Assembly: GCA_951406725.2 (NCBI GenBank) | Contig: OX597831.1 | Span: forward strand, 46,996,001 to 47,060,000 | Reading direction: 5' to 3' | Source: Octopus vulgaris | Lineage: Eukaryota | DNA: 64,000 nt | Shown here: positions 13,192 through 26,026 of the stretch, in pieces | How positions within the stretch are numbered: position 1 is the stretch's first letter | Layout: each line of letters begins with the position of its first letter | The notes under the pieces: model-generated | What the model saw: the letters and a program-made list of their open reading frames with translations, nothing else | What the model was told of the DNA's origin: nothing | Databases searched by the model: none | Translations under genes and position numbers: made by a program

Positions 13192-13513
13192 TATATAAGA
13201 ATTTTTTGCGTAGTAAGATAAAAAACCAAGGCTGTGTAGACATTAGAACATTTATTGATAGAAGGTCTTACAGGTGTTTCTAAGATATATATTAGTGTGA
13301 GAGGATAGTTAAGTCATAGTTGGTTTAGATGTGATACAAAATATAGAGTGCACATCTAAACTAACTATGACTTAACTATCCTCTCACACCGTCTCCGATG
13401 AAGGGATATAATTAATAAATATCCTAGAAACAGCTGAAAGACCTTCTATCTATAAATGCTCTAATATTTACACAGCCTTGGTTTTTTATCTTATTACGCA
13501 AAAATTCTTATAT
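13192..13513. repeat. About 320-bp nested fold-back element with a hammerhead motif (Penelope pLTR-like)
   Basis: Outer arms are about 13192-13292 and 13416-13513, inner arms 13295-13333 and 13351-13389. The motif GTCT-CCGATGA-A-GGGATAT...ATATCCT-A-GAAACAGCTG lies at 13391-13442. Confidence 0.8.
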
Positions 13514-13656
13514 ACACACGCTGACATAGAACCAACGTTGAACCCCTTATTCGCAAAATTACAGAATCTGGAACTTAACTATGGTCTGTCTATAGCACTT
13601 ATTCAGCATTACCTGACACCTTTGGGTCTCAATGACACCATTATCACTTATATATA

Positions 13657-14177
13657 TCGTGACGCATATTTCCCATTTGAATATGGCTAACCCCTAAGGG
13701 TGGATGCTACTGTAGTTTGTAGCCCCAGGAAGATACCTCCTCCAGCTGGCTATAGACACACTTTCTGTGCCCTATCGGTATTTGTGAAGGGAAGTCATCC
13801 TTCCCGTCTTCAACTTATGATACACACGGACTCGAGTTTCAAAGTATTTACCTATCATCGGCGTATGACAATCACAGTTGTCGACGAGAATTCAGTTTCC
13901 CTCACAAATACATATACTTTTTCCAGTGTCGATTGACACTGATATTGAAAAAGTGAAATCAAACAATGATAAATCTCAGAGCGAGTTATAAACAGTAGCG
14001 GTAACACATCGTGACGCATATTTGCCATTTGAATATGGCTAACCCCTAAGGGTGGATGCTACTGTAGTTTGTAGCCCCAGGAAGATACCTCCTCCAGCTG
14101 GCTATAGACACACTTTCTGTGCCCTATCGGTATTTGTGTATCATAAGTTGATGACTTCCCTTCACAAATACCGATAT
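13657..14177. repeat. Duplicated about 130-bp segment plus inverted piece, with a hammerhead motif on the minus strand
   Basis: 13657-13787 is repeated at 14008-14138, and the second copy is followed by an inversion of 13773-13825. The HHR-like motif is at 13867-13823. Confidence 0.75.
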
Positions 14178-15239
14178 ATTCATATATCATTGTTATTATG
14201 TTAAACTGTTGTATCCCAAAATTTGGCCAAATGCGTTTTTTCAATATTTAATTTTGCTTGCAATACCCGGTTCTTATGATCAAACTATCGTATCTGCAGC
14301 TGCTTCAGATGCCAAAGTATCAAAAATTGTCAAAGTGTAGTACAACGGTTCTGCTAAGGAATGGTTAAACTATTTTTTTCGTTTTCTGAAAAAGCAACGT
14401 TTTGGACTTACGTCACTTTTATATAATAGCAATCCCTATTTGGGGATTTTCACTCTTATATATCGCTCTGCATATAACCAGGTCGATGTATTTAAATACT
14501 TTCCTCAGTAAACGTACACTCTATTTAAAAGGCTCCGAGGAAGTTATACAGATGTTGTACGGACATATTCATAGCTTCCTCGGAGTTCTGAATGCGATAC
14601 TCCTTATAGTAGAAACATCCGTAAGCTTATGAATGATTACATGATGACATAACTCCTGCTTTTTTATCATTGGTTAATTGATATAATGCTCTGTACTCGC
14701 CTGCTGCTCCACTCTAAAACATAATTATATTGAATTGTAACAACTGGTTTATTAGTATTGCTGTGCCCAAGCGAAATATATATTTATATATATATATATA
14801 AGACTAAACGGGCTTATACTGTCTCTTCATACGCTTGTTTCCTTAAACGTTGAGAATAATTTTTCCATCGTCTTGACTTAACAGCCCTCATCGTTTGTTT
14901 TTACTGTTTTGTTCTCATTGTTCTGTCTTTTTCTGTTTTTACTGTCCTGTTCTTGTTACCACTTTTACCCTCCGCAAAAAATGCCAAATTTTATTTAATT
15001 TGCTTTGCGGGAAGGATAGTTTCAACGAAGTCGCGTCTTGTCCTTGCCTTCGTTATGTGGAGTAGCTGAAACAGGGACAACTGAAGAAGGGGAATATTCT
15101 TTATGTTGAATGTCTCGTTTCTCTGGGGGTTTTTTTTCGTTCTCCGAAAAAAAAGGTGGTTTCTGTTTTTCATCGTGTTCAATGTGAGTACACTTTAAAA
15201 CACACACACACGCACATTAATACTTGTTCTGATATTGTT

Positions 15240-16778
15240 ACTAGCCTAAGTACCCGGCGTTGCTCGGAAGTTTAAAGAATGCTAAAGGAATTATATTCAT
15301 TCTGATAAAAAAGATATTTTCTAAAAAATTCTATCAGATGACGTGAGTATAAACAAAGTTATTAAAACAAATCCTGAAAACAATCACAGTTTAATTTTGT
15401 AGAACTTCTAAATATACAATGTTTTCAGTGTGTCCTTTAATTGTTGTACAAAGAAAAAGAGTTTGGGGACTTCCAACTCGCGAACATCTTACATATAATT
15501 GTCAATGAGAGAAGCAAGGAGAAGCAAGGTTAAGTCCAACAACGAAGAGAGATTGTGCTTGAGATTTGTTCATGGACATGGGAACTGGAGCCGTCTAGAT
15601 TCATAGAAGTCAGATGGGATTAATGGGATCTGTGGAATGAAGACATCGTCACTTTTATATTTCCCAAGAAAAATAATTTTGGCGATAAGGACTAAACCTC
15701 GTTTCATTATCGCAATTAAAAAGCGTTTTTCTTTATTAAAAAAAAAAAGAGGTGCGGTCGTAGACGTTTGACGCAAAATTATTCAATATTGTATTTCCTT
15801 CTACCAGAATCGTTTACCTTCAAAGCGAAAAAACAAAACCGACGTATACGACAGGTATGTAAAACATATTTGTTTTTGAAAAAAAGTTTAAAATTTAGTG
15901 AACTCCCCGGACCCGAACCTTCGCCGAGTAATGAAAAACCTCCATTGATCCAGCGGTTTGGACGTGCAGAACATTAGGCCGTATGACTAGGGGGAAATTG
16001 TAGATTCGATTTCTGAGGTAGGACCAATATCCAAGTAGAAATAGTCACATCGGATTCAAATATGAAATATCGAAACTCTAGCTAATTTTATTAGGTCCAT
16101 TCCACGAATTATTTGAATAACTCGTGTTGATATCTCTACCTTATGTCACGGGAATATTGAACTCTAAATTTTATAAAGTTTATCGTATAAATTGAAAGAT
16201 ATCCTATAGTGTATAAGCGCGTGTCCGTATGAACACCTTTCGAGAAACCTTACTGTTTCTTTTTCTTTAAACCTCTTGTTTCATTATCACAATTAAAAAA
16301 GTGTTTCAGAATCGTTTACCTTCAAAGCGAAAAAACAAAACCGATGTAATTTCCAGACAGACAAATTTGGTACAGGTTGACCCAGCGGTTTGGTCGTGCA
16401 TAGAGGAAACACACACACAAACAATAAGAATAAAAGTGAAACAATAAAAGTGAAACCATAGCGTTATGAAAAGTGAAACTATTATACCGCTGAAAAAAAT
16501 CAGAAGGATCGTATGAACAAGGACCAAAATTTGACCCCACCCCCCACAACCTTCTCCGAGTAATGAAAAACCTTCATGCCAAATTTGGTATTATAACCTT
16601 GAAAAAGAAAAATTGGAAAGGTCGTAGGGGGGGGGGGGGACTACAGCCCTCTATATGGGCAAGGGCCAAAATTTGACAGCCCTAGAACCTTCCCTGAGTA
16701 ATGCCAAATTTGGTACAGGGTGATCCAGCGGTTGGGCCGTGCATAGAGGAAACACATACACAGGGTTTTATATAGAGA
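15240..16778 (+). mobile_element. Non-autonomous Helentron/HINE-like rolling-circle element with internal repeats
   Basis: The 5' end is ACTAGCCTAAGTACCCGGCGTTGCTCGG. There are three diverged copies of ...CCAGCGGTT(T/G)GG.CGTGCA(TAGAGGAAACAC), and the end is ...GGGTTTTATATAGAG. No coding capacity. Confidence 0.55.
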
Positions 16779-16919
16779 GTCAAGACTATTGAAAAGGTTG
16801 CCAGACGCAACGAAAATTTTAGGAAAATAAAAATGAGGAATAAGTGGAAATTTTACCGGTGAGTGTGTTAAATTATAAGGCACAAAAAGAAAATTATTCT
16901 CCCCAGACACAACAGAATA
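16778..16919 (+). repeat. Single copy of the repeat that forms the 25195-25589 fold-back; hammerhead-like head
   Basis: Near-identical to 25450-25589. The core TTGAAAA is at 16789-16795. Confidence 0.8.
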
Positions 16920-16959
16920 ATGAAAGCAATTTTACATTAATCTGATGGATTACTCTATA

Positions 16960-17148
16960 CTTTTGTACAATACAAATTTATTGTTCTTAAACAAGAATGT
17001 CGTTGACAGTAATTTCAAAGTTTCAGCTAGCTAAGCCGTTGTTGGACTGTCCGACGATGGGTGAGTTGGCCGAAACTTCGAAGTCACTGTTTAAGAATGT
17101 GTGAGTGTGTGTGTTAAAAAAATATAAATGATGAAGTGTTGTACAATA
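16960..17148. repeat. Diverged fold-back element with a hammerhead-like motif
   Basis: Imperfect palindrome centred at about 17048, containing CCGACGA...GGCC-GAAACTTCGAAGTC-ACTGT at 17051-17090. Confidence 0.65.
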
Positions 17149-17354
17149 TCAACTTCTGTTGAATTAAAATAAACTGATTAGTCTAGGGGACATGTGAATT
17201 CCTCCTCCTACTCCTTTTGTGCAAAATACAGTGAAGGGTGTTTGTAAGATGACATTCCATGAAGTGGGGTACAGAGTACCATAAAGTCGAGTACCACTCA
17301 TGTTGAGTAACACTTGAAAATGAGAAAGTGTGTTTGTGTACATTATGTTATATA

Positions 17355-17573
17355 TTTCTTTATTACCCACAAGGGGCTAAACACAGAGGAGACAAACAAG
17401 GACAGACAAACGGATTAAGTCGATTACATCGACCCCAGTGCGTAACTGGTACTTAATTTATCGACCCCGGAAGGATGAAAGGCAAAGTCGACCTCAGCGG
17501 AATTTGAACTCGGAACGTAACGGCAGACGAAGTACGGCAACGCATTTCGCCCGGCGTGCTAACGTTTCTGCCA
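17355..17573 (-). mobile_element. SINE family C carrying a Meta/MESC-like central domain
   Basis: The minus strand contains GCCTTTCATCCTTCCGGGGTCGATAAATTAAGTACCAG. Further copies lie at about 18120-18335, 18595-18782, 19120-19360, 21763-21995, 27055-27255, 28645-29055, 29105-29335, 31760-32208, 49447-49900, 52820-53025 and 58090-58215. Confidence 0.85.
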
Positions 17574-20395
17574 GATGTTATACAACAACAAGAAACTTAA
17601 CATTCAACAGATACAAAACAAACGTAGTTATTTTTTCATTAAAAAGACTTTTTTTTCAATTTCTTTATTTCCCATACAAGCATTTAAATAAACCTCACAC
17701 CTATCAGACTTCATGTTTCTCCATATATAATTACATACATTGTTTCATTTTACAATACTTTTACAAGACAATGTTTTTCATTTATTCATTTTTTTTAAAT
17801 TTTTTCTTTCTTTTTTTTTTTTTTGTCAGTTGGTAATAGTGGGTGCTTATCATTTATTTTCATTCTTTGCCAAAGAAATGTAAAAAAAATAACTGCTTCT
17901 ACCCTGAGATCTAACTAGAATTTTAAAACAGTTTTAGAGAAGAACTAATTGGTATTACTGTCAAAAATCAAACACACGTTAATGTAAAGGCCATTCTTCT
18001 ACCCCATGGGAAATAGGTAATCAGTCCAATGAGTTTGAAGACTTGAAGCGGTAAAATCCAGGAGTTGATAATGATAATGATGATGTTGATGATTCCTCAG
18101 GAACACTACAGTACTAATATTGGTTTTAAATTTTGGCACAAGGTCAGCAAGTTTCGAGGAGGGAGTAAGTAGATTACATTGACCCCAGTGCACAACTGGT
18201 ACCTATTTTATCAACCCCAAAAGGATAAAATACAAAGTCAACCTCAGTAGAATTTGAACTCAGAACATGCAGATAGAGAAAATGCCACTAAGCATTTGGC
18301 CCAGATTGCTAATGATTCTGCCAGCTTGCCACCTTACTACAAGCACTAATATTGATTTGTACTATGAGCTTCAGATTTCAGGAGTAGGGTCTAGTCAAGT
18401 GAGATCGGCTTCAGTACCTGTCTGATATATGGAAATATTTTATCAACCCCTGAATATGAATGCAAGAGCTAACCTTGGTAGGATTTGAAACTACAACATT
18501 AAGAAGCACAACAAAATACAGTATGGTCTTTTGTACAACTTTTTATCAACTCTGTTAAACTGCTGCCTAAATATTTATTTTTTTCATTGTCCTCAAGAGA
18601 CAACCAAGGACAGACAAAGGAATTAAGTTGATTACATCGACCCCAGTGCATAACTGGTACTTATTTAATCGGTCCTGAAAGGTTGAAAGGCAAAGTCAAC
18701 CTCGGCAGAATTTGAACTCAGAACGTAGCAGCAGACAAAATACCACTGAGCATTTCGCCCAGCATGCTAACGATTCAGCCAGAGTACCAGGACTTAAAAT
18801 TTTAGGAGTAAGGTACAGTTAATGAAGATCAACCCCAGATCTCGACTGGTCCTTATTTCATTGACCTAGGAACAATGAAAGTAAAGATGACTCTGGGAAG
18901 TATTAAAATTACCACCAAAGGGACATTTTGTACAGTGATGTACCAATTCTGTTAAAACCTCAACTTTAGGAAATAGGTATCATTGATGACATCAACCCCC
19001 AATTCTTGACTGATATTTCTTTTGAAGAATGAAAAGCAAAGTTTAAAACTGTGAAACTAAATATCACAAGGCTTTCAGCCTGTCATTTTAATAATTCTGC
19101 CAATCCACTGCCTCAATATTGTTCAAATTTTGGTACAAGGCCAGTAATTTTAGAGGAGTTGGGAAGGAGGGGCTAATCAATTACACTGACAGTCTCACTC
19201 CACCGTACTTGACTGGTCCTTTATTATATCAATCCTAATCCTGAAAGGATTCAGGCAAAGTTGATCTTGGCAAGATTTGAACTAGGGATGTAAAGAACCA
19301 GCAGAAATGCCATTAAGCATTTTGCATGATGTTCTAACAATTCTGCAAGCACACTGCCTCAATATTAGTAACAGTATAGGGATTTAATAGGACTTTGCTT
19401 CTTGGTAGGGCTTCTTTTTTTTTTCAACTTTCCAACTGAAATGAAACCACAATTGGATGGCATAGTAATACTATCAAACGGCTGGCAGATGCTTTACTCC
19501 TGACTGGCTCTGGGTAAGAACAATAAATCAGTGCAGATTTTGTTTTCCAAAGATAGCACAGACTTCCAACAATGACCTACGCTGTTCAAGAATTTGGACC
19601 TGGAGATCTCCATTTCCAGCGACTTCAAGGGCCACCTCCTAGTGGTGTTGGGCGTCAACAAAGAGCCCTTGACTACAACAAGACAACCAAAGTTTTTTTT
19701 TCCCAAGGTCTGGGGTCTTCCACCCCTAAGCCCTAGACCATCACCTAATCACCCTTACCCGTCTTGTTGCTTAACAACAACAACAATAATAATGACCTGC
19801 TGCAAACATGCTGTATCAAAGACTCAGTTCAGCTGGACACCCCAATATGTTTGAGGCCCTCATATATTACAAAAAGCTGAAATGCTGGACACCCTAATAT
19901 GTTTGAGCTCCTCATATATAAGAAGAAGCTGAAATGCTGACCACTTATTTTATTAATGCTGAGAGGATGACAGGTTAAACTAGCCCAGTTGAAATTAGAT
20001 CTGCAGGCCTGCAGACTTGATACTTGTAACCAGCAAGAATCATTCTTAGTGCTTTTATATTTGTGTCAATTTGCAATACAACAGAAAAATGTAAACTATT
20101 TCATAGACAACATAACTGTGAATTCTAACTCATCTCAATAACAAAGTTGAACCGATTCAGGATTGTAAAGAAGAATAGAGTAAGCAGATACAATTACATC
20201 AATCTGATCTTTGTGTACAGAATTGAAGAGAACAGTTCAGTACTATGCAATAACAACGAAGGAGAGAAAATTGTGAAAATTCTTTTAAATAAAAACTCCT
20301 GTTTTGGGGTGTTTTTCCTCAAGTCTTTAGAGAATTTAGAATTGAAATTTTACCAAAAGCTAGAGATTAAATTATTCATGGAATCATCATCTATT

Positions 20396-21414
20396 TTAAT
20401 GAAATGTAAAATCATCTAGTGATGGAGAGTCAATTTCAGATTGGCTCTGAGAGAGATACAGACTGTCGGAATCCAAACTCATTGGATCGTTTTTCAAAGA
20501 CAAACTATCTTCCAGAAGAACAAGAGAAGAGACAGGCTCTGAAGTAAGTCTTTCAGCATCATCAAAGTCAAATGTTAGATTGACATCAGAAGAACAACTT
20601 TCGTCTTGGGTAGATGTTAAAAATAAAGTCATTGAACTTTTGGAATCAATAAAGGGTGAAAAAACTAATGAATTGGAATCTTCAGTGTAATCACCACGAC
20701 CAACACAGACACCATTCATAACATCACAGCTGTCATCGATATTGTCATTGTAATCTTCACCAATGACAATATCAGCCCCATCATCTTCGCTATCATCATC
20801 ACAACCACAAGTAGTGACAGTGGTACCCACAGCATTTACAGTGACCTTGTGATCTTCAGGAAGCAGTGACAAGTATAAATCTGCATTGTCTGGTAGTTTG
20901 GTAATTTCTCGGGGCCTTCTTGGTAAAAGAGTACTTGTATTTTTGGTATGGCAATCCTTAAGTCCATATTTATTATTTTCCGAGTTTATTTGTTGAAGAA
21001 CTCTGCGGTTCTGACTGTGATCAGCAACTTTATTGATGGTATGGTCAACAGAATGGTCAGTGGCGTTACAATCTTGCACTTGATTCAAACTTCTTTCTTG
21101 TCCTTCTGATAAAACATTGATTCTTTCACGAAGCGGTGTAACATTTTGATGCAAATCAAGCCTTTCATAAGAACTGCGACGTGGTGATGCCAAAAGTGAT
21201 TGTTTTGTTGACTTGTACTGATCGTTTCTGGTAAAATTAGACTCTTTCTTTGGTACTAGAATGTGATCATAAAATGAGATACCTTTACAATCCACAGAAA
21301 GATCGGGTTTGAAGTGTTGGCTGTTATTTATTTCCATAACTGCAACAGGATCAGGTTTCAATTCCATCTCTATCTCAGACCCTCCTCTCACATGCGATGG
21401 CTTCACTATACCTC
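20396..21414 (-). CDS. Gene A terminal coding exon (acidic, Ser/Asp-rich, probably disordered); putative AUNIP-like protein
   Basis: About 1 kb of open, non-repetitive frame. The acceptor cattgcAG is at 21416-21415, and phase 1 matches the upstream exon. The stop is at 20396-20398. Confidence 0.85.
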
Positions 21415-22471
21415 CTGCAATGTAGACAACAAGGTTCTGTTAATAACTTGATAATCAAAGAAGGACCTGAAATATACAACTGTATTAAAAACAACAGTAC
21501 AGGCAAAAAGAGCAATTTTGTGGAGGCTGTAGCAGATGAAGCAGTACTACTGAAGTCTATGAATGGAGTGGTGGCTGTACAAGTAATCAGTTATTTACTG
21601 ACATTCCATCAGTTACGAAGGGCAAGAGTTCCAGCTGATCCGATCAATGAAACAGCCTGTGAAAGTGGCTGAGCACTCCACAGATTCATGTACCCTTAAT
21701 GTAATTCTCAAGGAGATTCAGCGTGACACCGAATGTGACAAGACTGGCTCTCTGAAATATGAAGGCAGCGAGATGGCAGAAACGTTAGCACACCGAGCGA
21801 ATTGCTTAGCAGTATTTCTTCTGTCACTATGTTCTGAGTTCAAATTCTGCTGAGGTCGACTTTGCCTTTCATCCTTTCAGGGTCGATTAAATAAGTACCA
21901 GTTACGCACTGGGGTCAATATAATTGACAGTCTATTTGTCTGTCCTTATTTGTCCCCTCTGTGTGTAGCCCCTTGTGGGCAGTAAAGAAATAAGAAATAA
22001 GACTGGCTCTTTGAAATATAGGTACAACTCACTTTTGCCAGCTGAGTGAACTGGAGCAATGTGAAATAAAGTGTCTTGCTCAAGGACACAACACACTGCC
22101 AGGAATTGAACCCATGACTTTATGATCATGAGATGAATGCCCTAACCACTGAGCCATGTGCCTTCAGTCAATTATGTTATTTAGAAGGTAGCTGAAAAGA
22201 GTGGTCCTAATTATTATAGTGATGTAGTAGCTATAATGATAAGGTGGAGCCACATAGGAGTGGTTATAGTAATGTAAAAGTCTGGTTCTTACAAGACTTT
22301 ATTCAGAAATAACAATGAAAAAAAAATTACAATACTTCAAATAAAGCACAAGGTTTTTCTCACAGCCCACGCATATAGTGGTAACTAGTACATGTTGTTT
22401 CTAGTAACAATATAGTAACAATATAGTAACAATATACATGACAACTAGTACTGCTCCTAATAATTGAGGAT

Positions 22472-22765
22472 TATCATCATCATTGTTTAACGTCCGCTTT
22501 CCATGCTAGCATCGGTTGGATGATTTGACTGAGGTCTGGCGAACTAGATGGCTGCACCAGGCTCCATTCTGATCTATCAGAGTTTCTACAGCTGGATGCC
22601 CTTCCTAACGCCAACCACTCCGAGAGTGTAGTGGGAGCGTTTACGTGCCACCGGCATGAGGGCCAGTCAGGCGGTACTGGCAACGGCCACATTCAAATGG
22701 TGTTGTTTGTATGCCAACTGCACAGGAGCCAGTCCAGCAGCACTGGCAACAACCTCACTCGAATG
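22472..22765 (-). mobile_element. RTE-LINE 3'-end fragment with (GAT)n tail
   Basis: CATCAT...TTTAACGTCCGCTTTCCATGCTAGCAT...GCTGGATGCCCTTCCTAACGCCAACCA is the same sequence as the 3' UTR of the RTE at 60750-61828. Other copies lie at about 23070-23260, 23475-23760, 32760-33130, 38438-38735, 39030-39190, 51610-52095, 52268-52372 and 59622-59779. Confidence 0.8.
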
Positions 22766-24029
22766 TTTTGGCCACAGAGAGCAACAGGAGACTGGGGACA
22801 GTACAAGGATAAAATGCAAAAATATTGCGGGTTCAAAATGGATAAAAAGGGTAAAAATCACAATAACATATATGAAAATGAAGGAAAATATTAAAGAAAA
22901 AATAATGATATTAATAACAACAGACAAAAACATGAGTGCATGGTTAAGAAATCATTTTTGAAGTCACACAATTTCAGGTTCAATCTCACAGCAAAGCAGC
23001 TAGGACTTTTACTATACGTAAATCTGATATAAATAAATTAAGCAGAACCTACCATATGCGTATATCAATATGCTGTGCTTGAGAAGACTTGTCCAGCCTA
23101 GTGAAAGTGTAGTCGTGGCCAATGCTGGTGTCACTAAAAAGCACCCATTACTCTTGGAATGGATGGCATTAGGAAGGACATCCAGCTTACCAGTTTCAGT
23201 CAAACCGTCTAACCCATGCCAGCATGGAAAGCAGACGCTAAATGATGATGATGATGATGTATATATTGTTTGTGCATATGTGCATGCACACGCATGTATT
23301 TATGTGTTTGCGTTAATCTCTCTTCCCAGCTTCTCTTAACGTGATATCACTTGACACCAATGATTGATTGTGTCCTCATAATTTAACATCTTGGAAAAAC
23401 AGAGAGCAACAAAATAAACACCAGTCATTAATAATAAACACTGTGTAACAAAATTGTGCTATTTTCTATTTGCTTCATCATCATCATTTAACGTCCGCTT
23501 TCCATGCTGGCATGGGTTGGACGGTTTGACTGAGGACTGGCGAGCCAGATGGCTGCAACAGGCTCCAATCTGATCTGGCAAAGTTTCAACAGCTTGATGC
23601 CCTTCCTAACGCCAACCACTCCGAGAGTGTAGTGGGTGCTTTTACGTGCCACCAGCACGAAGGCCAGTCAAGCGGTACTGGCGACGGACACGCTCAAATG
23701 GTGTTGTTTATGTGCCACCTGCACAGGAGCCAGTCCAGCGGCACTGGCAACAACCTCGAAGACAACAAATTTCCAGCAATTTGATTTTTAGTAATTAAAA
23801 GAGATCAGAAGCAATGTTCTACACAAAAAAGTTCAAAGCACACCTGAGAAGCAATTATACTGTGTACTCAAATCTTCAAGAACTATCTAGAAATCAAAGG
23901 AAATGATTACTCTTCTCTTCAAACTTTGTTTTTGTCACCCAGTCATCAATGCTTTGAAACTGACCGATTTTCGATTACATTCCAGAAAAATTCAGTACTG
24001 AGTTGCTGAAGCAGAAATATTGTTATAGC

Positions 24030-24680
24030 AAATATTCTGCACAATACCACAGTTTTGCTTGTCAGTTGCTTGACCATAACACTTGAACATGTCTCTTAGT
24101 GGCTGACAATATGTGCATCTCTGATCATGAGCAGAAGTAGTAGGGGAGCATCACAGCCATGTGTTGAGAGGGATTCTTTAGGGTTTGAATGTAACAAAAG
24201 CAAAGTTTGAAGGAAATACTGTTAACACAAGAAACATATTCAAGAATACCTTATACCATAATCTAGGTAACTGGTTTTATCTTTCAGCTCACAATAATAG
24301 TTTTACCCTTTGGTTACCAGCCCGGCTGAAACTGCCTCTGGCTCTGTAGTACAAATATCTTGTATTTAAAAGTTTTGAATTAAAATCTTCCACCAAACCT
24401 TAGTCACAATTTATGTTCCTAACCCTAGCTGAATGATAATTAAGTTATTTTACTAAATTCTTTGTTATATTCAAAGTAATTGAAAGAAACAGAACATCTC
24501 AAAATAAATACAGTAACGAAAGGATTCAACTCAAATCAAAAAATACCTTAGGAATGAGAACCCAGATTCGAAATTCCTCAAGACACCTGATGAAGGCTGG
24601 AGGGTGCATCAGCCGAAACGTTGTGTTAACAACAAAAAAAAAAAGGGACAAATGTCCGTCAAATGTAAATAATGTTCATA
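24030..24680 (+). mobile_element. Penelope pLTR-like repeat ending in a hammerhead, interrupted by a TTAA-type MITE (about 24302-24529)
   Basis: The HHR is at 24582-24627. The internal insertion has decayed ends TTTACCCTTTGGTTAC and GTAACGAAAGGATTCAA. Confidence 0.55.
24582..24627 (+). ncRNA. Minimal type I hammerhead ribozyme motif, canonical core
   Basis: GACAC-CTGATGA-A-GGCTG-(10 nt loop)-CAGCC-GAA-ACGT-T-GTGTT. Stem I is GACAC/GTGTT, stem II GGCTG/CAGCC, and stem III is the palindrome ACGT. Confidence 0.8.
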
Positions 24681-25194
24681 ATTGTTTAACACATTTTTAA
24701 AACATAAAATAGTCAAACCAAAATACTATTAACCTTTCTCACAACGATGCAGTTTTTCTTCTCAAAACTCCCAACTTTAGAATTTCCATTGCTTCGTGGA
24801 CCATAATATTTCACAAGATTTTACAATTGTTACTATCAACCTTTAATGCCCTCACATTGCTGTAGCTACAAACCTACAATTCAAATACTTTCTGCCACAC
24901 CTAATACACAGAAGCACTGCACTAAGAACTTAATATATCTTTTATTAACACCTATTCATAAGACATCAACTATAGATCACATTTTCACACCACCCTCCAT
25001 TATGTGAATTTTTCCTATAGTTAAAAAATAAATAATTTACAATTAAAAAAAAGAAATCAAACATTGAACGTTAAATTCATTTCATATTCCCTCTCTAAAC
25101 AGTGACTCACTTCCAATCTCTTCAACAGCAGAAAATGCAGATAAAATTCGAGTGGAAAGAATATAATAGACTAGTAAGGGAAGTAACTCTTTAA

Positions 25195-25589
25195 ATTCTG
25201 TTGTGTCTGGGAAGACTCATTTTCTTTTTGTGCCTTATAATGTAACACACTCACCGGTAAAATTTCCACTTATTTCTTATTTTTATTTTCCTAAAATTTT
25301 CTTTACGTCTTGCAACCTTTTCAATAGTCAAGACTATTGAAAAGATTGAAAAGGTTGCATGACGCAACGAAAATTTTAGGAAAATAAAAATAATATTTCT
25401 TATTTTTATTCTCCTAAAATTTTCTTTGCGTCTTGCAACCTTTTCAATAGTCTTGACTATTGAAAAGGTTGCAAGACGCAATGAAAATTTTAGGAAAATA
25501 AAAATAAGAAAAAAGTGGAAATTTTACCGGTGTGTGTGTTACATTATAAGGCACAAAAAGAAAATGACTCTCCCCAGACACAACAGAAT
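25195..25589. repeat. 395-bp compound palindrome of four alternating-orientation hammerhead-like units
   Basis: The outer arms are reverse-complementary, with symmetry centres near 25330, 25395 and 25453. The unit is CTA-TTGAAAA-G-GTTGC-AAGAC-GCAAC-GAAAATTT-TAG. Confidence 0.85.
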
Positions 25590-26026
25590 ATGCTTCAACA
25601 CACGATCTCATATACAGAAACTTGCAAACCAAATCCAAAAACGAAATAACTCTTTGAAACTAACGTAAAACTAGAGTTGGGTGGAGTAGTTTTATCCGAC
25701 ACAATGGTGCAATACTTTAATCTGAAACAGGGCAACACATTTCACATAGAAAGTTGAAAATGCATAGAAAACTATTTCGCCTTTGTTTCATTCGTAATTG
25801 TATATATCAAAATTATGAATGACGTTTTTTCAATCATTAGAATGAACTTTCTCAAGTCTTAAATTACAATTTTTTAAATCCCAGTGTACCAATATGGCAC
25901 AGCATACCGTTTAAGAACCATAATAAAGGTATGATAAAGGTAAAAAAAAAAAAGAAATCATAGCTTTTAAATAAACTTTTTTTGCTACCACCTTGCTGAC
26001 TGGGTAAATAACAGACAAGATGTAAT

